A stretch of DNA of 58,819 nucleotides, the filler included, from Sluysia triapertura (lineage: Eukaryota): NCBI GenBank assembly GCA_046118255.1. It is 5 parts of 5 records of this genome, joined end to end, with 100 filler letters (N's around TTAATTAATTAA, not from the genome) between each part and the next. Parts side by side here need not be neighbours in the genome. Positions count along the whole stretch, not along the records: positions 11,265 to 22,373 come from JBJNIA010188743.1; positions 22,474 to 34,370 come from JBJNIA010159599.1; 3 more parts are not named here. One strand, given 5' to 3'. The notes below the pieces were generated by a model. That model worked only from the letters and a program-made list of their open reading frames with translations. It ran no database searches and had not been told where the DNA came from. How positions within the stretch are numbered: the first letter of the stretch is position 1; each line of letters opens with the position of its first letter. This document shows, in pieces, positions 12,709 to 27,440 of the stretch. Made by a program: the position numbers and the translations under genes.

Positions 12709-13229
12709 CTAAATTAAAATATATTTGGATTTTGTAATAAAATGAAGTTGTAAATAAATATTAAAAATTTATCAAAATATATAAAGCTTACAAGATCTAA
12801 ATAAATAAATTAGAATAATAATCAGTTATATTTGCAAATATCTTTCATCAATATTCGAATTAGAAATTATATACGTATTGTAGAATTGAATGATTTTTAC
12901 TATTTAAAGATTTTAGTTTAAAATTAAATGTGTTGATAAATTAATTCTTTCATTTTATTTATTTTTGATATTATTAAACATTGAGAAGTTATAAATTCTC
13001 TGGCGTTACTACTTAAATTTGATTTTATATTACAATGAATCACGAAGTAAAATATCTTAACATAAATTTTATTAGGATAAACAAAAAATTTAAGATTTGA
13101 ATTTAAATTTTGTTTTTCTTTAATGTTTTCCCGAGCATATTTCGTTTTCGATCTTCCATAGGTACTAAAGAAAATAAAAGGATATAATTGATCAGCAAGA
13201 ATAATAATGATATTAATAACATGCAAAAA

Positions 13230-14790
13230 TTGTAATTACTTTTAAGTAATGTTCGTAGACGAAGTAAACTGGAAAAACCACAGAGAATAACATTGATGAA
13301 GTGTTCGTAGTAAGATAACTTCTGAACAGACCTGTGTCCGTGATTGCGTGAACTAGTCGAGGATTGAGCCGAGTTATAGAATCGATTAATAGATTACACT
13401 TGATTGACTGTTCTTGACTTGACATTAACACTTTAGCATTGAATGGCTGCTGCGCTTGATTTGTTGGTTCCGAATTATTGTCTTTATTTGATCGTTTCCG
13501 AAGATCATTTCGCCATTTCACAAAAAAATCTATCAAGGCGTATGTAACTTGAGTGTTTTCTTCTTTACTAAAAACTTCGTCCCAACGTCTAGTTAATTCT
13601 TTATTTAACTTGTTTGGAGATATCACTAGTAAGGATTGAGAATATCAACCAGAACTGTCGTCATTTTTATGGATATACTGAATGACTTTTCAAATTATCT
13701 GTTCTTGAACAGCATTCTTACATACGAACAATTAACAACTAAGTATGCTGTTATGGCTAACACTAAAGCTAACTCGAATTTCTCATTCTGTGAATAAGCT
13801 TGAACTAATTGTAATCTTGAAGTATCAACTAAACAGCATGTTTTATTATTGTCTGACAACACACATCCGATCACGATAACGACAAATACAATCGTAATTA
13901 TCGTCTGAACTTAAAGTTTGCATGAGTATTGATGGTGAAGCCATGCGTATTTCGATACGTTTATTTAAAATAGCTCGTAGGAATAGAGGATGATATATGG
14001 TTCGTGATGGTGAAGAGAACCATTTCAAAGTTCCATCATTCGATACACTAACAATTTTATCTATAAATTCAACAGGTTCATAGAATTTAATGCCAAGAAA
14101 TTCTGACGTTAGGAAGACTAAAGGTTTTACCAACATTGGCTTTTACCAACATTACATAAAAATTAGTTATTCAATATCGAAATGTAAACAAAAAAATGTT
14201 CAGTTCGTGCTCTAATAAAAACAAGATCATGAAATAATTCAATGCATTGATGTGAATATTAAATTCGAAAATCAAAATGATATTCCTTTTTATGCGGCCT
14301 TTATACGAATAATAAATAATAATAATTTTGCAATAATTGTTTTTGGTTAACTTCAATATAGTTGATCATTGACTGTGGTAGTATATTATTAAATGGTTGT
14401 TTCTGAATGAAGTTTCTCATCGGTGTATTACAAGATAATTTCTTTATGTTATCAATGTTAGAAATGATTCCGTAATCACTTATCTCACTTATAAATACTT
14501 TTTCGTCACTAAAAACAAGAAAACATTGAACATCATCTATCACCGGCGCTAGAAGAATATGTTTCTTATAAAAATCTTTGAGCACAAAATAAAAATCTGA
14601 AACAACTTTTTTCTCATAATTTTCTGGTCTTGATGATAAATTACTAATTACATTACGTGAAATAGGATACACTTTATATTCAGCAACACCTTCAAAATTA
14701 TATGACATTTCAAATGTGTTTAATAAATTTACTCAAGTGATCAGCTTTTTTAACTTCTGTCTGCATTTTACTAATTATGCCAATGCTTAT
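13230..14790 (-). pseudogene. VPS39: VPS39/Vam6-like pseudogene (CNH domain plus following region)
   Basis: KDFYKKHILLAPVIDDVQCFLVFSDEKVF ~ KNFSKKIQQIHVVSQFKILVSLLENNIY. TLKWFSSP..HPLFLRAILNKRIEIRMASPSILMQTL ~ LNWTDIP..QPPYIIAVLPRYVEIRTFEPRLLVQSI. QNEKFELALVLA ~ QDKQFELALQLA. YALIDFFVKWRNDL ~ LALIDYLTQKRSQL. Multiple stops and frameshifts. Confidence 0.8.
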
Positions 14791-14818
14791 TTTTAGATTT
14801 GTTTTTACTCTGTCTATG

Positions 14819-15760
14819 TTGATTGGACGTCCAATCAATTGCTGTATTAACATTACGAGTTTATATGTGATTTAAAATAAAGATATCGCTGAGAGGCACA
14901 CTAATAACCGTCATCAGTCAGCAGTTTAAAAGTTATATAGACTGAATTATAGTAGCTAACAAGAAAATTAGCTAATTGAATAAAGTAAAATAACAATAAT
15001 AATAATGTTACTATTATTATTAAAATTATAAAGTACATAAATCTTTTGCTTCTATATAACAAGATCTTTCTTTTTAGCTTCTTATTTTCTTGACATAAAT
15101 GAATAACATTGCATAAATAATATTCTCTTTTATCTATGTTGTCTTATATTTATCTAGATAAATTTTGCAACACAAGTTTCGAATCTCGTTACTCTTGGAA
15201 AGGAATTTATCAAGTAATTAACAAAGTGTGGATTATAGAAAATGTTTAGGGAAATGATTACTAGTTAAACTGTTTGAGAAATGCTATTTTGTTTGCAATG
15301 TCTAGAATTGGTTTCAGAGTATTAATGGTATTAGAGATTATAAACTTGAAATGTTTTGAATTAAATTTTGAGATGTAAATTTAATAATTTGAAATGTAAT
15401 TGTGATTCTAATGTTAAAAGATAATGAATGAAATGTTTTAAATGCATTTTTTAAATGTAAATTAGTGGTTTTAACTGAAGATACGGTATAGATCTTGAAA
15501 ACTTGTGAACGTAAGTGTTTTGAGGTATATAGATCTGGAAGAAATAGAATATGAAAAGATTTAGATGGAAAACTAGTTGAAATGTTATGGAATGTGTTGA
15601 ATTATTTTTTTAATGTTTCGATTAATTTTTTGAAGTAATGTGTGATCTAAATGCTATGTAATTTTGTCTAAAGCGTTTGAAAATAAAAAAAATTCGTGAA
15701 ATATTGTGAAGGGCGATTTTGTAAATAAAATTTGTTAAAAGTTATAGGTTTGCCACCATA
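14819..15760. repeat. Dispersed ~0.9-kb repeat, copy A, headed by a 20-bp palindrome TTGATTGGACGTCCAATCAA
   Basis: Alignable by eye with 51513-52320 and 54431-55395, e.g. ttgaaatgttttgaatt..gatgta..tgtaattgtg..taatgtta.aagataatgaa, and tatagt.gctaacaa. Confidence 0.8.
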
Positions 15761-18700
15761 TCAATTAAGTGCAAATCCTTGATTTTGGAATCGAAAACTA
15801 CGCTGGTGAAACAAGTTAGATGTGGAATTCACTCAGATAAATCAAGAATATCTAATAACTTCTATTTTTTCGATTTTGAAAAAATAATATTGAAGCAAAG
15901 CTTTATTTATGTTTAATTTTGAGTAATCTTGATCAATCTTAATATATTCAACTCTTTATTAAGCACAATAGAATTCAGGAATAAATTTTAAAAATTTCGT
16001 CAAATAAAATCATAACTTTGTCAAATCTACATTTTTAACAATTCATTGACCAATATTTTTCACTTTCTTTCTAACAATAATGTATTCACTTTGTAACAAT
16101 CCTTTAACAATATTTAATAACATGTCTCACATCTTTCTAAATCTGTAATATTGTTTTTATTTTATTTTCTTGAAAAATAAATAATATTTCCTAGGGATTT
16201 TCATGAATAGAATAACATGAAGTTTGATCTGTAACTGAGTTCTTTGGCACTCTAGCAATCGAGTTTGTTGTCTTTAAAATCTAAACCTTCTGTACCATCG
16301 CTATATCATTTTTACCTTGGTATTATCAAAGCTCCTAACTTCATGAATAATTCTACTGGAACAAAACAAATATTACATTTTTTAATCTTCATTTTAAAAA
16401 AATTCAAATAATTTAGCAATCGAAAGTTCATAAAAAATATAGAATTAAATACTAATGTTATAATAGGTTGATTATTGGTTTCATATGAAAATAAATGATA
16501 TATTTATTTATTTACATTTCTAAAAACGACATTACACCTTGAAATAATAATTAATTATTTATTTTTTGATTAGAAAAGCAATACTCGCTAGTTTTTTAAT
16601 TTTTAAGTATTAAAAATTAATTATTAATTATTAATTTTTTAAATTATTTTGTTACTTTGAATATATAATTATGAGATATTAAAATTATTATAGTTTTAAG
16701 TCTTTATTGTTTTTAAAATAAGCTAAAAAACGGTAATAATTTCGTTGTTAAAGTTTGTTTAATTTAATTCAAATGGATTATTATCAAGGTTCTGTAAGTG
16801 ACTTCAAACACTAACAAAAATACGCTTAATGATCATTTAATAATTTTTGTTTTCTACAACAATAAACAATAATTTAACATCGATAATATAAATAAATAGA
16901 ATTGGTTATAATATAAGTTAGTCTTCCGAATTTTTTATTTCAACATCTCAAAACAACTTTTAATCTAAATTAAAAAGTTTAGAGTAATTTTACAACTTTA
17001 AAAATTCACGAATTAGTTTAATAAATTAATTAAGAATACAAAATTGAATTTCACGAGCTGTCAAAATTAGTCCATATTTAATTCACTATATGTAATATCT
17101 TTCAAATAAGTTCCATAAGGAATAATATATTGCAAGTAATAATAAGCTTTCCAAATAAAATCGGTGTCGTTGTATATCATATTAAGGTTCTTAAGAGCAT
17201 ACAAAATAATTTACTATTAATCTTATTCAGAATGACTTATTCAGTATGAATTCTTCTATCAAGTCAGGATATAAAATTAAATTTTTATTAAAAATAAAAA
17301 TTAATGTGTATTTTTAAGAAAGAGTGACTTTAACAATTAATCAAGGCCCACCGAAACAGTTCTAAATCTAGTCATGTATCTTGGACAAAATAAATGAATT
17401 TAAAAGGATTTGTTAAGTTTTATCCATTAGATAAATAATTAACCACAAATGTTATACAGATTGCGTCCAGTAAACAATGAAAAGTGCTAAAAAATAAAAT
17501 TATTTCTATATTAACGTCTCTAAATTTTTTCTAGCAGCATAGAATAAATGTTGTTTTATTTATATATGAATACATTTCAAATTATATCCTGATTTATTTT
17601 GTCTTACTTCGGAATGTAATAAATAATTTATTGTTTTCAATTAACTCCGATAATCATAAACCTTTTTCAATTTATAATTTACTTATCTTTTCTCAAAACA
17701 ATTAATATAAAACAAGTAAAACAAGAAAATAATTTTCTTTAAATATTATATAATAAATAGTTAAATTTAAATTTAAATATAATAAATTTAGAATAACTTA
17801 CTTAATTTTTTCTTCTCCATCCCCGAATATTTAATAAATACATCATGTATGTAATATTTTATAAACTTTTGTTTTAATTTAAGAAATAAATCTAATTACA
17901 AAACAAGATATAACGTCCGTTTTGAAATTTATGTATTTTACATATACTCAGTACCATATTATTTTTGTATTTTTTACTACAACTCTACTAGTACTATAAC
18001 TACATTTTTTTACTATATTTTTTAAATGATTTAAAAATTCAATTAATTAAATTTATTCTACAATTTATGTAATTAATTACTTTATATTTTAATAATTGTA
18101 ATAAATTTAGTTTAAAATTAAAAATAGTTTAAAATTAATTTAATTTAACTTTCTTTTTTGCTTAGAGCATTTTATTTTTTTATTATTTTTCAGCTATATT
18201 GTTGTCTTTGTTAAGGTTTTGGAAATAATTTGATTTTGTTTAAGATTAAATTTTAAATAATTTTTTTAGTTTAAAAGTTTTATTTTATTTTGATTTAATC
18301 TTAATTTCTAATATATTTTATTCATTTCCGAATTCCTTTAAATAATGTAATTATATATTTGCGAAATTCGGTGACATTTATTTCAGCATTATATATTCGT
18401 TTGACTTCATAATATTAACCTTGCCATTATATCTCCAAATTCAATTATCATTGGTCACAAGCCTACCAAAAGGCTTATTCGAGATATAGTCTCACCAATT
18501 ATTAAATTTTATAAAATTAACTGATTCGAATTGCCGACCTCTTGACATGCAGCCACATGATTAATCCTTTAAGAAGTTATCAGCATTATTTAATAATTTG
18601 TTTTTATTACATTAAATTGTACTTTAATTTTTAAATAGCATTTTTATCCTATTCAATTTCCTACAGAATTTAATATATAATCAAAAAATAAATCAAATTT

Positions 18701-21489
18701 TCTACATAATTATTTTCCATGTAATACTTAGTAAATAACTGAAAACTATAATTATTATATATTTTCTGTTAACGTTTACATTTGCAATATTATGTAGACT
18801 GATTGTTATATATTTTTATTAAAACATAAAACCAAAATTTACTAAGAAAAACTACAATTAGTATATTAAAGGTTTTTTTAATAATTTTGTGAATTGCATT
18901 AAAGGTATTAGTAATTTTTTAGGCAATGATTAATAAACGAGTACATGTAATTCATAATAGCGTTTAAATTCATATTTAACATTTATGTTCAGGTTTTAAA
19001 TTATTTAAAAATCGATCTCACCGATATAAAGAACATTACGCATAATTATAAAATAACAACTCTTTCATTTGTATTCAAACAACATAAATAACACTTTATT
19101 TATGTAAAAGACTAACAAATCACGATTAAAAAATAGTGGTTCGGGATAACAGATATCCTGACTCTGCTCTTTGCGTAACTAACAAACATAATAAGCCTTT
19201 CTGGCATTAGTAATAACTTTTGGTGGACGAATGCCCACTTTTCTTAATCCATTAATGGTTTTATACATTTCAAAATTAAATTCGTTAACTTTTTGTCGAG
19301 ATTTCATCATCTATGGTAAAACGCTTATTGAATTCAATGAGCTTTATGAATACAATTTTTGAAACATTATGAATTGTATTACAAAATGAACATATGGTGA
19401 TCTTAAAAAACTTTCTTAACTTCAAACGAGCCAAATTAATGTCAATTAAATTAACAAAAGTCTTTATTGACAATATCTAACTTTACTTTCTTTTCGACAT
19501 TTTCTAACTTCTGCTTTTCAACAACATAAAACTAATAAAGATTTATTTTATCGTATATTTGCACAACAAAAAGAATGCTGTTATTCATAAAACTATTAAT
19601 TTTTAAATTTCATTATTGTGCTGTAAGGCACCAATATTAAAATAACGTAAAATATAATTTATGTATTTCAAACTATAATAATTAATATATTTCATTAAAT
19701 AAAATATATAATTTTTTGTTCTTTATATATTTATTATTTTTCTCATACATATAAAATATATTATAATCTAATTTTCATCTGTGAAATAATTCGAAATTCA
19801 AAATTCCAATAAAGTAATAAAACGTTCATTAAGACGTTGAAACAATGTCAAATCGAACACTAGTGTGCTTCTTTTAGGCCTCATAAGCGTAAAATTTCTA
19901 TTAATATCAAAATATTTTGTATCATTTTCCAGTTATATTATTGTAATATAAAAATTATATAAACTATTGCTTATTGACTATAATTTCAAAGCATTAGCGT
20001 CTTGTATCAGCACTTCACATTCTTTGTTATTCTGATTATGACTAGTTTCATTGATTCATCATTTTTTATATTATCTTTCTCGATGTTCCTTAAAGGGAAT
20101 CAACCAGGTGTACAGTAATTGGTGGGTCAGAAACACATTCTTTATAATAAGGTTCTATATTACATTCGGCACTATTTTGGTGATTCCAATTGTCTGACTA
20201 GAATCTGGGTTTTCTGAAGCTTCCCTGACAGTAGTTCCTATCCTTCTAAGTTAGAACTAACTTGTTGCCTATTATTACAGTTCGAATCTCTATTGATTCC
20301 AATTCAGTTTCTTTGGCTGAAACATTTGTAAACTCTATTTCTTCATTTAATCTATTCACATTCATCTTCATTAGCTTCTCAATCATTCTTTGTAAAAAAA
20401 TTTATCATCGTATCTAATGTCTCTTGCAGTATTAAATAAAAGACGTTTCAGAATCAACAAATTATGTCCTGATGTTATGTTATCTTTAAATACATCACAA
20501 TCAATTTCCTTTTGAATAATCTTAAAAAATACACAATTCTGCCATAAAAAACTTGAACTATATTAATAGTATTGATAAAGGTTTGAGTTATTTATTAGAT
20601 ATATTTTATGAATTATATTAGATGTTTTGCGGGTAAATATATAAGATTAAGAAAGTAATGTAAAAGTTATGTAGATGTAGATGTTTGGTATGTTTGATGT
20701 ACGTTTAAAATCATAAATTAACATTACATAATTTATTCGGTATAATCAAATGTAAAAAGTAGATGAAATACTCTGTGAATTGTCTAATAATATTAAAATA
20801 TGTTTCTAAATAATAAAACGCAAATGTTTAATTATCTTCATGATTAATTAATTAGTCGGTTTAACTATTTTGAAGACATGATTGTAACAAATTTTATTAG
20901 GATCATTTATATTATAATAAATAAAGTATCAGAATCATTATTTAACATTTCTATTTGCAAGAACAAATATTTATAATTTGAATATTTTTCATATATATTA
21001 ACACTAAACGTGATGGTATGAATAGGTGTACATCTAACCTTGATACATTTAGTGTTAATCTACAATAACTCTATTATGTTTAGTTTGTAATTTATTCCGT
21101 TACATTATTACATTATGTAAATTAAAATCTTAGTCTGAGTAAAAAAGACTGAATAAATAAATAGTATTTATGTAAATCTTTTACTGATAATATTAATTCA
21201 TATAAAAATATGTCATTTGAGCAAAATTGCACCAATATAATATTGAACACATCTTATACAAAATCTTAGATGTGTGACTTATGTTGAAACAAAAACTGGA
21301 CAATCTTAAAAGTACCATAACGAAAGAAAATTAGCAAAAACATATACGAAAACAAACATTTTTCAATGACTGACACAGAAATATTGAATATGAAATATTT
21401 CATTCTCAAACTGTCAAGATTCTTATGAATACCGATCTTCTTTAGAGGATCATGACTATTTTATAAGTTTGGTAATAACATCATGCTAA

Positions 21490-21790
21490 TGAATTAATCA
21501 AAAATTTATTTTTGTTGGTAGTTCGGTGATGATGTTTTGGCACATTGCTTCAAAAACATAGACTCAAATTTACTATCTGCAGATATTACAAAAGAATTAA
21601 AGAAGCAAATATTAAACATATTGAATATCACTTCATAAGTTAAGACATGGCTTTATAATTATGCATCGGAAAGTATTTGAAAATCACAAGTAATAAATAA
21701 CCATTGTTGTCTTTTATTAAATGCACAATGAAAAAACCACAATTTCGGTAATTTATTTGTATGCGTTTTGTTTTACAACTTATACAAGAA
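21490..21790 (+). pseudogene. Possible guanylate-kinase (MAGUK GK-like) remnant
   Basis: Fragments IFVGSS, RIKEANIKHIEYHFIS and HCCLLLNAQ occur in GK order. Heavily broken. Confidence 0.25.
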
Positions 21791-22315
21791 AATTGATATT
21801 ACAATTCGAAAATCTAAAAATGGAAAAGAATAAAATAAAATAAAATTGAACCTTCCTGACGTAATAGCCAGAAGAAAAAACTGCGGATTGACAAGAACAT
21901 CGTAGAAATATAAAATATGTAATATTAATAAAATCGAAATGAAATACACAAAATACAAATTAGCAAAACGGATTTAAAGAAATTATGTGGTCGAAGTTAC
22001 ATTATAGAATGAAATTAAATATTATATAGAAGAAATTGGAATTAAATTATAGCAAATATTTATTTATAAAGTAAAATTAACTATAAAGAAAAATTATTAT
22101 AGAAAAAAATTTTTAAAAATATTAGTCAAAATATTACCGTTTAAGATTACGGCATGAAAAAGATAAATGAATTGATTGTTTTACAAGTTACATGACTATT
22201 TATAAATTATTCGACAGCAATTTTTAAAAGCTTATGAAATCAGAAATTTTTAAATACTGTTACACATTGTTTTGGTAAATTGTAAATTTTTAGTTATTGA
22301 TTTTAATAAATTCAA

Positions 22316-22358
<43 letters not shown>

Positions 22359-23638
22359 ATTATTATTATAATTNNNNNNNNNNNNNNNNNNNNNNNNNNN
22401 NNNNNNNNNNNNNNNNNTTAATTAATTAANNNNNNNNNNNNNNNNNNNNNNNNNNNNNNNNNNNNNNNNNNNNCAACTTGTGGAGAGCTTGCAAACCTTT
22501 TATAGCCACAAACATAAATATATAAGTGTAACTTTGAAAAAAGGGGTACAAACTTTATTTCCTCCAACAAATAATTTATTGATAGGTACTACTTCTGACT
22601 CTAGAAAACTACATTGCTTACACTGATGAGAGATATTACAGATAGACTGAGTTAGAGTCAAATTGTTCAATATTACATGATCCCGTTATCTCTCAGACTT
22701 AGAAATAGAATCTAAGTAATCGTCAGCAATGAATAATCAGCCTTTGAAAATTTACAGAAAATTATGTGACCCGTTTTTTAGTATTTTCATACTTTCATCT
22801 ATTTGTGTGATTCGTGCTTTGTGCAAATAAGAAAAAGGATATCGAGTCTTGTTGCATTCCCATTGCCAATCACATGAGTATACTCGTGTTTGATTTTCAT
22901 ACATGTAAATGATTATTTATGACAAAATATGTGTGTATTTATCTTGAAATAATAAAACATAGATAAACAATAACACTCAAAACTGAAATGGCATAGCGAA
23001 TAACTTCATACAATTTAGACTTAGCAACGAATGAGTTACTAACGGTTTTATTTTACTTAATTTAATGTGGAATTTGATTATACAAACAATTTAATATATA
23101 AAAGTATATTTAATTTCAATTTTCTGTGCCTTCTACACTTTTACGTTAACTTTACCTTATTATAACTCAATAATTAAACAAATCTGAAATATCGATATAT
23201 TCTTTAAAATATCACAATTATACCATGAAAATTATTTTATAAACTAATAAAATATAAAATAAAATACCTTCATAAAATTATACAATTATTAATAAATTAC
23301 TACCAGGGGTAACACAACTGAAATAAGGCCCGTATTAACTAAAATATAATGAATAAAAATAAGTTACTAACCCTTTCCTTTAAAACCCTTACATGTTTAT
23401 TTTAGTTGATTACTAAAGAATAAGCTTCAATTTTACGGTTATCCACGTATGAATTGAAACAGCGTCCCTAAAGCTGAAAAGCTTTCGTTATCTTTATTGT
23501 TTTTCTCTTGTTAATTTGTTTCTAATCTTCTGCAAAAGCATAACTACTTATATAGCAATTTTAGGATAATTTGGGAAATTGAAAGAGTCAATTCTTTTTA
23601 GTTGGTAATAAGCTGACAGATTTTAATTTTTATCATCA

Positions 23639-23688
23639 CCCAATCAGAGTGCAGATAATTCTCAATATTTTTAAACACTCTGATTGGG
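23639..23688. promoter_or_regulatory. 13-bp perfect inverted repeat carrying two opposed CCAAT boxes
   Basis: CCCAATCAGAGTG-N24-CACTCTGATTGGG, about 140 bp upstream of the ATG at 23826. Confidence 0.55.
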
Positions 23689-23825
23689 CAGTAAAAAGAG
23701 AGAAAGATTTCAGACAGCGAACAATTAGAAATTACTTTTTCAAAAAAATATTCAGACTCAATTAAAAAACCAGACAGTTAAAAATTCAGACAAAAACATT
23801 AAATTTCAATTCTCGAAGGTTAAAA

Positions 23826-25138
23826 TGCATGATGATTTTATTACACAATGTATTAACACCGATGTAAAATTAATGCTGTTTTCAACGTATGTCTCAACTG
23901 GTGTTTTATATCATTCTATGATGATAATCGAAACGAGATAAAAAGATAAAGAATTTTCTTTGATATTACGAACTAGTGATAGTGTAAAGATTGTTAATGA
24001 TTATACTATGATGTTGAGAACTGAAGATTTTAAAGCGTACAGTTTGTTCTTATTAAAGATGTTATCTGAAGAAATAAACAATCTAATATTATCTTTAAAT
24101 AAAGTCATTAATAGCTACAAGATGGATGATTTGTATTCATTTGTGTTTAAATCAACTCTCAATATTAATATAAACTGTTGGAATCTAATTGAACTAAAAC
24201 GTGAATTCTTAAATTCCCTAGTATCAGAAAAATGGGCCCACCTTCCAAAATCGTTATGGTCTAATAATTACAATCATGGTAAATATGTTATGATTCCATT
24301 TAGTGCTAGTTATGAAGATAATTTTATATCACCCAGAATGCATGTTAATAATCGTTTTTTAGTTTTAGCGTATTATCATGAAAGAAATGGGTCTAGTTTA
24401 ATTCGATGTAGTCAATATTCAAACGTGACATTAAAAATGAGTTTCATTGATCCGATAACTAAACTATTGCGACATCAATATGAATTTATGAAATTAAGAA
24501 TAACAACCGCTCTAATTAAAACTCCAATATTAGAGAGTAAACCATTCAAGAACAATGATTGCGTAATTGATATAGTGAGAAATATGCAGACAGACCTTCG
24601 CAAGTTAGTTGAGGTCGAAGATGATGACCACTACATTAATGTATCCAATCAGAATATATGTCGATATTTATTACGAGTAGCCTCCAGTAACTGGCACGTC
24701 CGAATACTAAACCTAATTCTAGTTAGTCAAATTTTAGTTCAATCGATTTTGAGTCATCCTGGTATGACCTACGTATTGATGAGTGAAACAAGATATGATT
24801 ACGAACTGATTTTGTCAAGTATTGTACAATTAATTTCACTACCAGATACTACAACTACACAACGAAGTCATCAATATATCTTGTCATTACGGAAAGACAC
24901 AGGTACAGTCGCAAACAATTTTTATGAATATTTATGTAATTTCAATTCTGTTAGTTTTAAATTGATTTGTTTGTCTAATTACTTTTTAGTTATTCAAAGA
25001 AATTACTGGATGGTGAAATACTGGCGAGTAGGATATGAAGATCGTTATGATGCAGTTGTTGATAATTTTCAAATTTTTCAAACTAGGGAAATAAAATTTT
25101 ATGTTCAAAAATTTTATTTGTTTAATAATAAATCTTAA
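23826..25138 (+). CDS. Myotubularin-related pseudophosphatase (inactive MTMR-like); may be a pseudogene
   Basis: NNRFLVLAYYHERNGSSLIRCSQ ~ RNRIPVLSY.H.NGA.L.RCSQP. SSNWHVRILNLI. YVLMSETRYDYELILSSIVQLISLP replaces HCSDGWDRT..SLAQLLLDP, so there is no CX5R. Frameshift between ATG 23826 and the 392-aa ORF; downstream conserved blocks look deleted. Confidence 0.75.
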
Positions 25139-25776
25139 TAAGAGAATTTTAATCCTAATCCATCAATTCTATGTTAAAATTTTTTTCACGAATATAACGA
25201 CGAAGTATATTATAAAGATTAACTTTAAATATAGATTCAAGACATATTATTATTTGAGCAATTCTAAATATTATTATAAAATTCATGAGGAAACTAAAAC
25301 TGTGACAACAGTAAAATTAAATAAAGCGATGAATATGTCTTACGACCAAACACTAAACCTTAGGGTAGAGATTTATCTAATAAATTTATCAGACACGTTC
25401 ATATATTTTAAGATATTACTCAGTCTTATCTTTCGTAATAAAGTTAATAATACGTCCTCAAATCCAGCTTATACCTTGAAAATAAATATTAAGTTTAGAA
25501 ATTAATTTTCAAAACTTCTTTTAAAACATTACTCGTCACATTTCAAACACATAACTACCATAATTGAATTGTAATCATTTATTATAATAAAATTTTGTTT
25601 AATATTATAATTTCATTTTTGAATTGTATCTATTGTCTTAATTCGAGTTTACTATAAAGTTCCTAATAGATAAACGCATATTTTTTAACGTTAACCAACT
25701 TAATTAATTATAAATTAATAAAAAATCCCTACAAGATAATAGTAAAAGAATTACCATAATAAAGTAAAGTATTTTA

Positions 25777-25950
25777 TTCAAAAATCTTTTTAGATCTAAT
25801 TTAAATTCACTAAATTATTTAATCTCGCGGAAACAGAATAAATAATTATCTTATGACCTCAATTATTTCCAATTTTCTTAACGCTGACACCTATGCATCG
25901 GCCCTTAAGTGCGTAAGCCCGATGTCATAGAGGACTCTCGTATATAAACA
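25777..25950. repeat. Dispersed ~180-bp repeat with GC-richer hairpin core (copy 1)
   Basis: ctgacacctatgcatcggcccttaagtgcgtaagcccgatgtcatagaggactc versus ctgacatctgtgcatcggcccttaagtgtgcaaggccggcgtcatagaagactc at 32481. Confidence 0.85.
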
Positions 25951-26941
25951 CATAAATAAAAATAAAATAAAATTAAAAGTTTTATAAACCAAATTCTCAC
26001 AATATTTTACAAATTGTAATCAATACATATCTTTCAATTAATTTTTTGTACAAAAGCGCTTTTTTGCTACTATTTTATTAGGCAAAAATTCTAATCTGTG
26101 ATAATTTTTTATTATTAATTTTTCCTTTGCTTAATTACTCCGCTTGCTCAGCCAATTTACTTTCTATATTACTCACTATAAATATTTAAATACACATAGT
26201 TTGTTATTATTATACTACTACCATTACTATTAATTACACACATCGGTTTTTATTACATAAACACTTACCATAATGGAATTTTTAAAACAATACTTATTTT
26301 AAATTTTAATTTAATTATATATATTTCCAATTATTTATTCCAATTATATTCCAATTATTTACAATATTATTATATTTTATATTATTTTAGTTTACTTGAC
26401 CCAGACACACATTTTGCTTGTATTTATACTCATGTATTTGTTGTGCCGTATGTATAGATACCATCTATATCAATGGAATAAAACGATAAGGAACATTAAT
26501 AATACAGCAAAAACAACGACAGTGACACCGTGACAGAAATAACAATAATTTTATTATTTATTTTGTTTATGTGTGAAAGCTTATGAAGTGTATGAAGTAT
26601 ATAAAAAATGGAAATATAGAAATGAGCTTTGTTGCTGTTATTATTTTGAATTTTGGTTGTTTATATGTGTGGTGTTCAACACTTATCAAACTCCTTTCTT
26701 TCTCATCGCATACACACACGTACATACTCACATATTAATAACTTCCTACGGAATGATGAAAAATTTAAAAGCACTGCCTGTTAAAACTGTTACAACCAAA
26801 CCAAGTTTGAATTTTTTAGATGAGTCTCCTACAGATAGGATAAATCCTGTAGGGAGAAGTGATGGTGTTGTCTTATGGTGTTATGTTATGGTGCCGTTTT
26901 ACTATAAGTCAAATAGCTGTAATTTTAGAGATGTAGTTATT

Positions 26942-27440
26942 ATGAATAATGATGATGACAGTGCAAGAAGGTCATCCACTGATTCACCTCCGAAAGAAAG
27001 TAGAAATCAAAATTTAAATGTTCTCGGGAACCACACTTTTATAAATACAGGCCAATGGGCAAGGTACATGACAGATGAAAAAGTTGATGTTTATTTTAAC
27101 GCTAAACCTCTCAGTGAAGCTGAACCTAAAATTGCATAATCGAAATGAGTTAAAGATTTATGAAGATGAATATTCGAATTTTTTAAATTTAATGCTGCTG
27201 TATATGATAAGTAAATGAAAGATCGGATATTGGAATTAATCGAACTATCATTTTCAAGCGAAAATAGCTTAAATATTAAAGGATATAAAGTACGTTTAAA
27301 TTTTAATGAAGAAAGAAGTACGACAGTGGCCACGAAACCAGTTATCGTTTGTCCTATCGAAACCATGAAAGTTTTTGATTTTATCTGATGAGTCTGTCGC
27401 GAATACATTTACGCAACCCGAAATCCATGGATTTCCAATG
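26942..27440 (+). pseudogene. Possible non-LTR retrotransposon ORF1 remnant
   Basis: Low-complexity N-terminus, several stops, and a motif V..FISDESVANTF resembling L1/Tx1-type ORF1 (P.FI.DE.I...L). Weak. Confidence 0.2.

Noticed and set aside
13846-14136. TRPM-like LFLRAILNKR motif
   Set aside because: Much better explained by collinear VPS39 similarity over four blocks.
25101-25505. 134-aa ORF and many other I/K/N/F/L-rich 60-100-aa ORFs
   Set aside because: Composition expected from random AT-rich DNA; no motifs.
25878-25940. Twister ribozyme or SECIS resemblance of the hairpin repeat
   Set aside because: No P2 partner or pseudoknot pairing for twister; no 3' GA of the SECIS quartet.
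27386-27426. CTGATGA..GAAA hammerhead-like core (CTGATGA also at 22623 and 35551)
   Set aside because: Stem II and the flanking stems do not pair.
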